A DNA stretch of 61,169 bases, filler included, from Vannella sp. (lineage: Eukaryota), in NCBI GenBank assembly GCA_023345925.1. It is 6 parts of 6 records of this genome, joined end to end, with 100 filler letters (N's around TTAATTAATTAA, not from the genome) between each part and the next. Parts side by side here need not be neighbours in the genome. Positions count along the whole stretch, not along the records: positions 32,388 to 51,420 come from JAJQQN010001034.1; 5 more parts are not named here. One strand, 5' to 3'. Every line of letters starts with the position of its first letter. The stretch's first letter is position 1. Position numbers and translations under genes: made by a program. The notes under the pieces were generated by a model that made no database searches, was not told the origin of the DNA, and saw only the letters and a list, made by a program, of their open reading frames with translations. Below, in pieces: positions 33,595-44,190 of this stretch.

Positions 33595-34245
33595 TTAGCT
33601 TAAGAGCAAGAGAGCTTCCCTTGCAGCAGCCTCAAATCGAGAACAGCTTTGATGGTCCGTCACACAATTGGGTCTTCCTCGGAAAGTCTCTCCAGCCTCA
33701 AAGACCATCTGACTCTGAGGGGTAGCAGTCACTTCTCTCAACATAGAGTGAACCTCCTCGTCCCAGAAGAGTTGAAACATTCGGAATGAATCGCAACGGG
33801 TTCCTGTGGATCGAAGCAGGTTCTCTTTGGCGATGATGGATTGGGCCACGAGACTGCACTTCCATAGCTGATGAATGTCTCTCTGATTCGTGCGGTTGGG
33901 TGCGTTGTGGGCTGCGCGGAGGAAGTGGCGGAGGGACCAAAGGACCTTTTCAAAGCGAATGATGTAGCCGTTCCACCCGGGGAGCAGCTGTGCTGTCAAG
34001 TACAATCTGAGGCAATGGAGGTAGCAATCCATGAACTCTGGCGTCCCCAGGAGCTCCTCAGTCTGCTCTGCAGTCAAAGCATAGCGCCGGCTGGTAGAAC
34101 TTCCCGCAATCTCCTCTCCGAACGGCAGCGGGAACAGCCACCAATCGTAATGAAAGCGGGGCGTATCAAAGCCTCTTTGACGCAAGTAAACCTCCCTGTA
34201 AGTCCGCTCCTGCTCTCTTCTCAATTCTGGCAGGTGAGCAACCAT
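33595..34245 (-). CDS. Hypothetical protein with a HYDWWLFP motif (OGFr-N/DUF1810-like)
   Basis: Intronless ORF. HYDWWLFP...SS...Y...IRFEKVLWSL recalls OGFr/DUF1810 motifs. Preceded by a cluster of CATTTC motifs. Confidence 0.6.
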   Translation of the reverse strand: MVAHLPELRREQERTYREVYLRQRGFDTPRFHYDWWLFPLPFGEEIAGSSTSRRYALTAEQTEELLGTPEFMDCYLHCLRLYLTAQLLPGWNGYIIRFEKVLWSLRHFLRAAHNAPNRTNQRDIHQLWKCSLVAQSIIAKENLLRSTGTRCDSFRMFQLFWDEEVHSMLREVTATPQSQMVFEAGETFRGRPNCVTDHQSCSRFEAAAREALLLLS

Positions 34246-34378
34246 CCCCGGGACACAAAAAATGGTACCGAATGTATGCCCGCTTCTTTTGTTAGGGAAG
34301 TGGCTCAAAAAGGAGGGAAGTGAACAAACATCCCAAATAGGAAATGGCGAAATGGTGAAATGGTGAAATGCTCATTCC

Positions 34379-37230
34379 ATGGCGCTCTTTCGAGGGACGT
34401 CGGAACCGAGCTCGCTCATCGCCTCGGATGCTGCTTACTTAGCAAGTACCGCAGGGCGCTTGGGGAGTAAGAGGGGATGTTGGAACCTGATACAAAGTTC
34501 GGATGGCGTGGACACGGACAAGTACGGTCACGCGGCTGTCTCAGTGGGCGACTCTTTGCTTGTTATGGGTGGCTGTAATGGCTACGGCTCATTCACTGCT
34601 GCTACATACCTCTTCCACTTGGGTCTGTTCCTTCCCGCCTCTCATTGTTAGGACTCACACAAGCTCAGACTCACACACTTGGCAAGAGTGCTCGGTTGAA
34701 AGAACTCCGCGCTCGCGCCACTTCCACAGCCTCATTCTCCATAAGGGATGTCTCTTCGTGTTCGGGGGCAAGAGCAATGGGTACCACAGCAGCCTTCACA
34801 CCTTCGAACTCGGTCAGTCCTTCCTCCCCTCCGCCAGTCTTCTTGTGAGCGACTTCTGAACTCCTCAAAGATAGAAAGGAATGGCGCATGGTAGAGCCAG
34901 GAGATCGTCCTCCGGGTACACCGTGGCCTATTGCCCGCTATGGTCACTCTGCAGTGGGTAAGAAGCTGAAAGGGCGCAGGGATCTTCTTTAACGTGGGCA
35001 GTTCGGCAAGAGACGATGTATATCTACGGTGGATACGATGCAGATGGGTTCTGTAGTAATGAGATCTTCTCGTGGGACTTTAGTTCTCGCCAATGGGACA
35101 AGATGGAGCCGAGTAAGACTCAAACTCGCGAGTTTGCCTTAGAGCGGTTCCACCACTCGGCCATTGCTATTGAAAGCGTGATGATCGTCTTTGGCGGGAA
35201 AGACTCACTGGGACATGTCTGTGACAACGGCCTTCTCGAATATCACTTCGAAACGCGCACATGGGCAGCCATTCAGACTGCTGGAATGGCTCCCACACCT
35301 CGTTGGGGTCACTGTGCTGCACTACTGGGGTATGCGTGAGGATTCCTCTTCTTTCAGAGCTAACAAGAGTAGCGAGAATATGTTCCTCTTTGGAGGATGC
35401 GACGGCCCATCTGAATTTGCGGATTTGTACCAATATCAGATCGCTTCGCGAACTTGGTTCATTGTGGAGGTGGATTGGTGCCCTGTACCTCGCTACTTTG
35501 CGTCAGCAACGTGTCAAGATGAGACTCTTTATATTTACGGAGGAAAGAACAAGTTGAATAAGTGCTTTGGCGATATCTATGCTCTTCATCTGGGTGCGTT
35601 TCATCAATCTGCAACGCAATACTTGATTCATTCTCACTTTGTCAAGGTACGGCAAGATCTCCAAGAAGCACGGAGAGGCAACGGAAGAAAAAACGAAAAG
35701 TAGACAAAAGTGAATCTTCCAAGCCCAAGAGGCGCACAGGGCGCCGAAAGAAGGTTTCTTCAACAAGCGGAGAGAAGGGTCACAGTTTAGATTCCGGGAG
35801 TCCCGTCTCTCACCCTCCCGGCGAGACTGGAGAAGTCATTCGACTCAAATGCGTTTTTAACGAGGAGATCCGGATCTTACCAATTCCCCATTCCATCCAC
35901 TACGATGAGCTTTTGAAGCATCTGGCTCAGGAGTATGAAGGCTCTCTTGTTTTGCAGTACAAGGACCAGGACGGAGACCTTATCACAGTCCGTTCCCAAT
36001 CTGACCTCGCTGTGATGATGAGTGAGAACTCATCCAGTATGAAAGTTTACCTGAAGAGGCATGCTCCTCCTTTGCTGTAAGGCATCTCTTTCGGTGCTAC
36101 TCTGGAACTGACCCGCTTTAGTGACTGTCGGAGTCATTCAAGTGGGGCCCGCTTTCCCTCACTATCTCCAGCGACTTCTCTCCCGCCCAAAAAGTTGGTT
36201 AAGCAATGGCAAATGACTGAAACAGAGCTAGGGCGAGGAGCCTTCGGCCAAGTCTTCCTGGGAATGAACTCAGAAACGGGAGAACTCATCGCTGTGAAAC
36301 GAGTTGAACTTCAAGGGAGTGACCAAGAGCAGAAGGCCAAAGTAGAAGAGCTTCAAACGGAGATCGATGTGATGATGGACCTTCACCACATCAATATTGT
36401 TCGCTATTTAGGCTCGGAACGTGCTGATCGTTTCCTTTTCATCTTCTTGGAATTTGTGCCTGGCGGGAGTATTCACCATCTCCTTGGCAAGTTCAAGGTG
36501 TTCTCAGAGTCTGTTATTCGCTCATTCACTCTCCAAATCTTGCAAGGACTGGCTTATCTCCACTCTCATCGCATTATACACCGAGGTAAGTCTCTTTGTA
36601 TGTATTGGAAAGGAACTCAGGGCGACTTAGACATCAAAGGAGCGAACATTCTTGTTGATAACGACGGGACCATCAAGTTAGCCGACTTTGGAGCAGCAAA
36701 GCAGTTAGCGGACATAATGAGTTGTAACGCCAATACCGTGACGGGAACGCCTTATTGGATGGCACCGGAAGTTATTCAAGGGAGTGTGAAAGCTTACGGG
36801 CGAAAGGCAGATATCTGGAGTCTGGGAGCTGTTGTGATTGAAATGGCCACAGGAAAGCCTCCTTTCTATGACCTTCCCCCGATGACCGCTTTGTTCAAGA
36901 TTGGCTCTTCTGAAGTCCTTCCTGAAATCCCCAGCTTCCTCTCCGATTCAGGAAAAGAGTTTTTGATGTGCTGCTTCCAAAGGTAAGTGAAATCGGCTGA
37001 ATGAGGCTATGGGAATAACGGTTGGCTCTTACAGAGACCCAGAGAAACGGTCGTCTGCCCAAGCTCTTCTCGATCATCCATTCATCACAGGAACCCTCAA
37101 ATCTGATGGCTCCCTCCTCGCTGCTCCCCAATCCCGGCAGGAGTGTCTAACTGCTCCTCCCAATGAGAAGGAAGAGTTCAACTCGATGATCTCATATCTC
37201 CGGATGAGCTCTATCGCTAGCCTCTCCTAA
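34379..37230 (+). CDS. Kelch-repeat + PB1 + STE11/MEKK-type MAP3 kinase (multi-exon)
   Basis: Kelch repeats (YGHAAV..GG, RHFHS..FGG, RWGHCA..FGG); PB1 (IRLKC...LQYKDQDGDLITV); kinase LGRGAFGQV, IAVK, HR/DIKGANIL, DFG, GTPYWMAPE. I checked that the introns join all three parts in frame. Confidence 0.92.
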
Positions 37231-37313
37231 AGCAATGTAAATCCAACTCTCTCTAGGCCATTGTATTCGGTTATTTGAGAAAAACAACATTCCTGCAAGT
37301 CACTCGTAAGTCG

Positions 37314-38180
37314 CTATCGATGCTGGGCTTCTTGCAAGTCCTGAAGAGCAGTCTTCATATCATTAGCAGTGGCAAAGCGATGACGAGGGTCGGGATGAAG
37401 AGACTTGCGAAGGAAGGGAGTTGTGAAGGGGCCGATTCCCTCACACTCTTGCAAAGAGGTCATTCCCAACATCTCCTGAAGTAACACGCCAACAGAATAC
37501 AAGTCAGATCGATGATCTACATGTGCTCGACCCTGCAGGGCCTCAGGGCTCATGTAAAACGCGGTTCCGGGACCATCGAAAGGAGAGAACACGTCCGGCT
37601 CTTCCTCTGTGAGTGCAGAGGGCGGTAGCTTGGCGACTCCAAAGTCTATAAGGGTCACGACGACGTGGCTGGTTCCTGTCACGAGCACATTCTCGGGTTT
37701 AACGTCCGAATGGACCACTCCAAGCTGGTGAATGTCCTCGAGAGCTTCCAGGAGCTGAATAGCGACCTCGTACAGTAGAGAGCGCGAGAAACGGATACCT
37801 TTGTCTTGTAGAATGTTCTGGAGCTGCCGTAGAGTCGGTCCTGCGGCCCATAACGAGGCCAAGACTCCCATGGAGCGCCCTTCGATTGCCTTTGGCACCG
37901 AGTAGAGAGCCAGAGACTGTTGGCAGTGGCGACACTCTCTCACTAACTGAAGGCATCGGCTTTCGTATTGCAGGAGCGCCAAACTCTCTCCACTAACTCG
38001 TGAAGAGAGCGAAAGAAGCACTTTCAAGGCCACTCCTCGCCCCTCCCCTGTCCGCTCTCTTCCTTCGTACACAAGAGAGCAAGCACTCCAAGAGTGGAGC
38101 CGAAGCACCTCAAAACGATCTCCGCCAACCGCTGCACGGACTTGAACCGAATCAAGGCAAGAAGAGGGCGGAAAGGCCAA
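37314..38180 (-). CDS. Ser/Thr protein kinase, bacterial PknB-like, lacking an upstream ATG
   Basis: VALK, VVHSDVKPENVL, DFGVAK, GTAFYMSPE, VDHRSDLYSVG, DPRHRFATANDM. Gly-rich loop is degenerate, and the first in-frame ATG lies inside the domain. Confidence 0.8.
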   Translation of the reverse strand: MAFPPSSCLDSVQVRAAVGGDRFEVLRLHSWSACSLVYEGRERTGEGRGVALKVLLSLSSRVSGESLALLQYESRCLQLVRECRHCQQSLALYSVPKAIEGRSMGVLASLWAAGPTLRQLQNILQDKGIRFSRSLLYEVAIQLLEALEDIHQLGVVHSDVKPENVLVTGTSHVVVTLIDFGVAKLPPSALTEEEPDVFSPFDGPGTAFYMSPEALQGRAHVDHRSDLYSVGVLLQEMLGMTSLQECEGIGPFTTPFLRKSLHPDPRHRFATANDMKTALQDLQEAQHR

Positions 38181-38210
38181 ACCGGAAAGAAGTGGCCCAA
38201 GAGCGGTTTA

Positions 38211-39299
38211 TCAGGGCCAAAGTGGGGGATAGAGAAGCATACCCCCGGTACTACCAACGGCAGGAACGTATTGCAGCGAAGGGAAACGGAAATGAAACAT
38301 CAATTCACTCAGCAACAGCACTTTGGGAAGGACCATTTGTGGTTCGGGGAAGCCTGCCGCTTCGATTTCGTCATCTGTTTTGTGGAGAAGAGTGTGAAGA
38401 GTGCTGTCCAGCTCGTGCTGGGTGAAGCGGCTCTTTCCAGTGAGCAAGGAAGCCATCCGGATGGCTCCGGTTTCCCCCGATATCCCGACCAATCGCCAGT
38501 TCTCGCGCCCGTGGAGCCATTCAGGGGGCGGCAGAGTGGAAAGGATGCCCCGGAGAAGGCGTCTGAGGGCTTCACTCTGCGGAGCAGTCGCTGGATTGGC
38601 AGATTGACATTCTCGAAAGCTGCGGCCTTGGACCTGCTCTACCATCATCGCTGTCACCTTGGAGGAGCCTAGTGGGCCATGGATGATGTCCATAGTCTCT
38701 AAAGGCTCCTTCTCTGCGGAGAGAGGGCGGGAGCAGGCTGCCAACTGGAAAGAAGCGCCGCCATAGTCCAAACTGACCACGTTGGAAGTGTTTCCTGGTC
38801 CCTCAGAGGTGGAGAGGCCCTGAACTGCGGTGAGGTAGCCTAAGTATCCTTCAAGGGACTGGGAAATCAGGCGAATGGGGAATCCCACAAGCTCTACCAA
38901 CTTCTGAAGGGCGATGGAGCCGTTTGGTGTCTCACGGTAGACTGCAGTGGCCACTCCCGTATACTGGACAGAAGAGTGGCATACCCCAACATCTGATTCA
39001 GCCTCTTCTTGCAAAGAGCGCACTGCAGAAGCCAACTGGAGGACGACTGAGTCTTCAATGAGTCCTCCCTCCGACCTTCGAACCGCCTGGGCCACCAACA
39101 CCGATCTCTGGCGACCAAAGGTAGTCTCCACTCTCGCACCAACCACTCGAGCTAACGTCAGCTTCACTGCCCCGCTCCCCACATCAAAGGCGCCCCGCCA
39201 GCGCTCCCCCATGACAGGAGAGGAGCTATTAAGCACTAAATAGAAGATCAGAGCTACAGAGCACATCACTGAGGTGTCTCGGAGGCTAAAGAAGGCCAT
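38211..39299 (-). CDS. Ppx/GppA family phosphatase (ASKHA fold), intronless
   Basis: AFDVGSGAVK, GVATAVYR...NG, ISQSLEGYLGY, SLDYGGASFQ. Hydrophobic N-terminal extension; true start uncertain. Confidence 0.88.
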   Translation of the reverse strand: MAFFSLRDTSVMCSVALIFYLVLNSSSPVMGERWRGAFDVGSGAVKLTLARVVGARVETTFGRQRSVLVAQAVRRSEGGLIEDSVVLQLASAVRSLQEEAESDVGVCHSSVQYTGVATAVYRETPNGSIALQKLVELVGFPIRLISQSLEGYLGYLTAVQGLSTSEGPGNTSNVVSLDYGGASFQLAACSRPLSAEKEPLETMDIIHGPLGSSKVTAMMVEQVQGRSFRECQSANPATAPQSEALRRLLRGILSTLPPPEWLHGRENWRLVGISGETGAIRMASLLTGKSRFTQHELDSTLHTLLHKTDDEIEAAGFPEPQMVLPKVLLLSELMFHFRFPSLQYVPAVGSTGGMLLYPPLWP

Positions 39300-39302
39300 T
39301 TG

Positions 39303-41711
39303 ATGGATCCCGCGGGCAAAAGGACTCCTCTTGCGATTGGTTCTTCGCGGTCCTCTTCTCCTCTTCGTAGCTCCGCGGGCTGGGCGCCTGTTCGAGCAAC
39401 TGGAGAGAGGTCAGAGACTCAGAGAATGCCATTGTCTCGTGGAGAAGCGGGGGGTGTGGTGGAGAGCGAGTTCTCGAGTTCGGTGTCAGAGAAGGTCGCT
39501 GTTCCTGCGTTTGTTCTTTCAGGGCAGCATCTGGCACTGGAACTGGCGGGAATGGGTCTCCATACTATACAGCTGGAGTCTCAGGAGCAGCTGAAGGAGG
39601 TGTTCTCTGTTAGAGCGAATAGAAATCTTCTTGCGCAGCTTCCGCCCTTCTTCGACCAGATGCAGGTCCTTGAGGAGGTCCACTTTGGTCTCAACTGCTT
39701 TGGAGAGTTCCCTTTGATCCTCTTGACACTCACGAGCCTCCAACACATCGATTTAAGCCACAACTTGATTCAACGACTTCCTCCTGATCTGGGAACCGCT
39801 TTACCCGCCCTCCAGATGCTGCAGTTGGGTAAGAACAAGATACAGCAGCTTCCAGATACCCTGGGGCATCTCGAGCACCTCTGCATCCTCGATCTCAGTG
39901 CCAACCAGCTTCAAGAGCTCCCTCCATCGATTGGAGGGCTTCGCTCCCTGCTCCAGCTCGATCTGCGTTGCAACTACCTCACTTCTATACCTCCAGAAGT
40001 GGGGAATCTGTCCTCTCTGCAGTTCCTGAACCTGCGCTGTAACGAATTAAGCTTCCTCCCGGACAGTTTGGGCTCCTTAGCTGATCTACGCTGGCTCAGC
40101 GTTCGGTTTAACCAGCTCGAATCACTCCCGCCATCGCTAGGAGAGCTCCAGAAGATGATTGAGCTGGATGTATACGGAAACCGGTTGGTGTATTTGCCCT
40201 CTTCCTTGGGCATGCTCAGTGACTTGGACGCTTTGCACATTAAAGGGAACCCTTTGGATCCCTCTTTACTTCGGATTGCTCGCAGAGGGACTCGGCCGGT
40301 TCTTTCCTACTTACGAGCGCTCTTTAACAACGTCCACTGCTTTGAAGGTGAATTCCAGCCGCTTTTGGGCTGCTTGACAACCCCTCGGGACTTGGACTTG
40401 AGTGGGCTTCAAGCTTGTCTGAGTTCTTCAGCTTTAGATCTCAAAGCTGTGCTTGGCGACAAGTCCCTTTCCATCTCTTCGCTGAACTTGTCCGGAAACC
40501 GTTTGGTGGAAGTGCCCAGCTCCCTTCTTGAGAGTATCCCCAACCTGACTTCTTTGCAGTTGGCTGGTAACTTCTTAACGTCCTTACCACTAACGATTAG
40601 CTCTTTAGCCAAACTTAAAACGCTCGACTTGAAGGGAAACCGAATGCTGGTTCTCCCTCCCGTTCTCCATTTGTTCTCCTCTCTCACTAGCTTGGACCTC
40701 TCCTTAAACCAAATCCAAGTTCTTTCTTTCCCTGAAACAGCTTCTTGGCCTTCTCTCAAACACCTACGGGCCGAGGGAAACCAAATCACCTCTCTTGGCA
40801 CTCCGTTAAGGCTTTTCGAATCGCTAGAGCGACTTGAACTTTCGCGCAACCAACTGAAAGTTATTCCTCCCGAATTGGGACAAATACGCTCACTTAGCTT
40901 TCTTGATCTTTCTCACAATAACCTTGGTCACTTGGCCATGGAGCTGTGCTCTCTTCCTCATCTTAAATCTTTAAATCTCCGTGGTAACGCCATTTCTGCT
41001 CTACCGGAAAAGATCAGAGTGGCCACTCAACTCCAACACCTGGACTTGAGCCATAACCGCTTCTCAGGACCTATTCCAGAGGAATTGACGAATCTAAGTA
41101 GCTTGGAAACGTTACTGATAGAATCCCAAACCCTCTCCGCCTTTCCTAATGATATGAGCCTCCTGACTTCGCTAACGAGCTTGTCAGTGGCAGATAATCA
41201 AATCCGGGTTCTCCCCAGCAATATCAGTCAACTGTCTCGCTTGAAGCAGCTGAACGCTAGTCTGAATAGTCTCTTTGATTTACCTCAAGAATTCCTGCTT
41301 TTGAAGGACTTGTCAGAGCTCCATCTCGAAGGAAATTGTTTCCAAGAGGAACTGGAGGGATTCTCCTTTCCTTTACAGAGCTGCGAGCAGGTGACATCCT
41401 TCTTGGAGAGTCTCCAGGAGGGTTTGGAACAGAAGAAAGAATCCGTTGACTCCTCCACCTCAAACACCAGTCTGGCAACTCCCCTGGGTCGTCCGATTGC
41501 TCAATGGACCGTTGAAGAAGTGAAATTTTGGCTCCTTTCCATCGGCCTCGTGCAAGTGGCACAGATATTGAACGAAAACGAAGTGAGCGGGGAGGTCCTT
41601 CTCATGTTAAGTGAAGAAGAGTTGCGGCACGAAATGTACATAACCGATCCCCACGCTATTCAGCTACTTCGGCAAGAAGTGGAACGGGCCAACGCTTCTT
41701 CCCTTGAATAG
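39303..41711 (+). CDS. Leucine-rich repeat protein with a C-terminal SAM domain, intronless
   Basis: More than 20 LxxLxLxxNxL repeats in two blocks; IAQWTVEEVKFWLLSIGL...NEVSGEVLLMLSEEEL (SAM). Confidence 0.92.
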   Translation: MDPAGKRTPLAIGSSRSSSPLRSSAGWAPVRATGERSETQRMPLSRGEAGGVVESEFSSSVSEKVAVPAFVLSGQHLALELAGMGLHTIQLESQEQLKEVFSVRANRNLLAQLPPFFDQMQVLEEVHFGLNCFGEFPLILLTLTSLQHIDLSHNLIQRLPPDLGTALPALQMLQLGKNKIQQLPDTLGHLEHLCILDLSANQLQELPPSIGGLRSLLQLDLRCNYLTSIPPEVGNLSSLQFLNLRCNELSFLPDSLGSLADLRWLSVRFNQLESLPPSLGELQKMIELDVYGNRLVYLPSSLGMLSDLDALHIKGNPLDPSLLRIARRGTRPVLSYLRALFNNVHCFEGEFQPLLGCLTTPRDLDLSGLQACLSSSALDLKAVLGDKSLSISSLNLSGNRLVEVPSSLLESIPNLTSLQLAGNFLTSLPLTISSLAKLKTLDLKGNRMLVLPPVLHLFSSLTSLDLSLNQIQVLSFPETASWPSLKHLRAEGNQITSLGTPLRLFESLERLELSRNQLKVIPPELGQIRSLSFLDLSHNNLGHLAMELCSLPHLKSLNLRGNAISALPEKIRVATQLQHLDLSHNRFSGPIPEELTNLSSLETLLIESQTLSAFPNDMSLLTSLTSLSVADNQIRVLPSNISQLSRLKQLNASLNSLFDLPQEFLLLKDLSELHLEGNCFQEELEGFSFPLQSCEQVTSFLESLQEGLEQKKESVDSSTSNTSLATPLGRPIAQWTVEEVKFWLLSIGLVQVAQILNENEVSGEVLLMLSEEELRHEMYITDPHAIQLLRQEVERANASSLE

Positions 41712-42244
41712 ATTTGTACTTTGCAATACCAAGTGTTTGAAGGAGCCGTCCCTCTTCCATTCTCTTCATTATTCCCGGTTTTCCTCCTCTAGCGGGACAG
41801 GCGAACTCTGCCACACAAGGAATGATTAAATGGAAGGGAGGCGAATCAATCCCGGAGTTAACCAAAGGTGAATAAGGCTTTAGCCATGACACAGCAGGCT
41901 TTAGCCAAAGGACCTGAAGATGAACTTCGGCGGCACATTCAAGGCCAACTATCAGAGGAACAGGACCACGAAGACAACTAATCCACTCGTTGAGGACGAT
42001 AGAAAGTGCCTTGAGGTCCAAAGTCACCGCTTTGTGGTCGGGAGTGCGTTTGCTCTTTTCCTTCCTCAGACCAAATTGGGGAGATCCGAGTATTCCGTAT
42101 TCTGGTCCAGTCCGCTCTGAAGATCTTTTAAAAGATATAAGTAGTCGAGAAGCTCACAGGCACCTTACCATCAGGAATGGATGTGCTGAACGACCTTGGA
42201 GAATTCAAACAGGTTATCTGCCGGATTGTATATGCTCTTTGGAC

Positions 42245-43238
42245 CTACAAGTCGTAAGCTGCAAAAGTTTGGAGACGGTTGAAGAGCTTTACCTTCCAAA
42301 TCGCCAAGGCAAAGGCCAGAGAAAGAGCCCCTCCGGCCACCCCCAAGGACAAAGCATACCGTTCGTTGCCAGTGCGATGAACCTCGAGAGCACTCCATAT
42401 GAGAGACGCATCAAAGAGTGTATGAAATGCTACCGGAAGGAGCAAAATGCGGGGAATCTGGAAGCATACTTTTTGTCCAGTTTCCCGCGCTTTTCCGATT
42501 CCGGCACCAATGAGGACTCCCGTGGAGCCGTGGAGAGTCACCGAACATAAATCCCGAAGGATCGTTCCTAAAGCTATGGAAAGCACACTGGCGCAGCATC
42601 CAGGAGAGTTCGGAGGACCCAGAAAGGTGCCGCTCCGGTAAAAGTTGGAAAAGAGATATTGGCCGTTCTCGAGCGTTGCAAGGGTCATAGCTGCTGTTAC
42701 CCCCATCATGATGGAATCATATGCGTCGTATCTAAAGAGAGCAGGTTCAGAGGAGCTCCTCCGAGGACCCAAGAGAGAGTGGAACTCGCCTTTCGCTGCG
42801 GCTCTGGTTCAAGGTGCAAATGAGGAACTTGCCGGTCTCTTCCATGCATGCTGGGACGAAGAAGGCAAACAAAGAGACGAGTAAAAGGCTGGCCCACCAA
42901 GAAGAGGCTCTCTGAAGCCCCGCTTGTTCTCCCATGTTGAAGAGGAACGCCACCGCTGCAGATTCTGCGATCAAAACTAGCACATACATCACTATAGCAG
43001 TCCCACAGATGCATAGCACTCTCCAGGGAGGTAGTGAACACACTCCAGAGCGTATTTGGTGCAACAGGATCAAGAAGAACGCGATGGAGGGCAGCCACGC
43101 CACCGCCGCCCACAACCCCAAGTCCATTCGACCCTCCTTCCACCCCACGATCGTACAAATGCCAACCCAACCACTCAACACAGCCGCCAGCAGCAAAGCC
43201 ACGACGAGCGGCCCGTCGCACGAGCGGCCCTGAGGCAT
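42245..43238 (-). CDS. PrsW-family intramembrane metalloprotease-like protein, 2 exons
   Basis: Motifs EETGK, LATLEN, TLHG and HTLFD in TM helices. A GC-AG intron at 42789-42732 restores the frame (SRSER/YDAYD). Confidence 0.8.
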
Positions 43239-43307
43239 GTGATGGTGATGGCGGCTTCTGAGTGAATGCAGATGTGTTAAGGGCATTTCCCCACCTCCTT
43301 GAGCCGC

Positions 43308-44133
43308 ATGTGGGCTATCAGAGGAGCTGGAGTGGGTCTGGTTCACAACCGCTCCGTTCTCAGCGGATCGTGGGTTGGCTTTCGGAGGTTGTGTGCGGGA
43401 TCTCGTGGCAACCTTGAGAGAGATGAACGGATCCCCGAAGGGAGAAGCTTGCGGCAGGCTGAGGAAAAGTGGGCGGAGGTGTTGCTGGCGGAGCGATCGC
43501 TCTTCTTTCAGCAGATCAACGAGAGATGCAACGAACTTCAACAGCGCTTGGAGCATCTGCACTCTCTCGGATACCTGGTAAGCCCCTCGCCAAGGGCTCG
43601 CTCCCAGAGGAACTCATCTCCCCTTCAGATAACGGAGACGGACAGTTTAGTCGTTATACAGCGCGAGCGCAAAGGGAGGGTGTGAGTATCCTCACTTTTA
43701 TCTGATCAATGAGCTCACGCGGCTTCTGATCAGTGTCACGCTGTCTTGGGATCCCAATCGCCACGAAGCTTCTGATTCTCCGCACCGAAAGCTCTCATCT
43801 AAAGAGAGAATGGAGCAAGGAGACATTCCTGTTACGATCGCAGTCAAGAGGGGTCCCCTCCAGCTCTTCTTCAAGGGAGTGGTGGGAGACGCACACCAAC
43901 TCCTCCTCCTCCAAGTGGAACCGGGCCGTTTGGGGTACTTTCGTGGGACAATGCGTCTCTCTCGAGTGTCAGAGCTGTTACAATACCGGTTATACGACTA
44001 TATGGAGGCCCTGGGGACGGGCGATGGCACTGCAGCATTCGTGAAAGAGTACAACACGTGTCGGCACCTCCTCCGCCTTCGAAACGAGCTGACGGCTTTG
44101 CGTGGCTCCTTTCTTCTTCCCTCTTCCACATAA
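43308..44133 (+). CDS. Divergent MAM33/p32-like mitochondrial protein (3 exons)
   Basis: Arg-rich presequence-like N-terminus; C-terminal VSELLQYRLYDYMEALGTGDGTAAFVKEY aligns with the neighbouring MAM33 gene. Confidence 0.65.
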
Positions 44134-44190
44134 ACAAGTCAGTTGTGCTCTATTCAGAAGAGAGGGCTCCTGTGAAGGGGGCTCCCTCGT

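Noticed and set aside
41760..42240. Possible small gene between LRR-SAM and PrsW
   Set aside because: Candidate exons give only very short products with no support.
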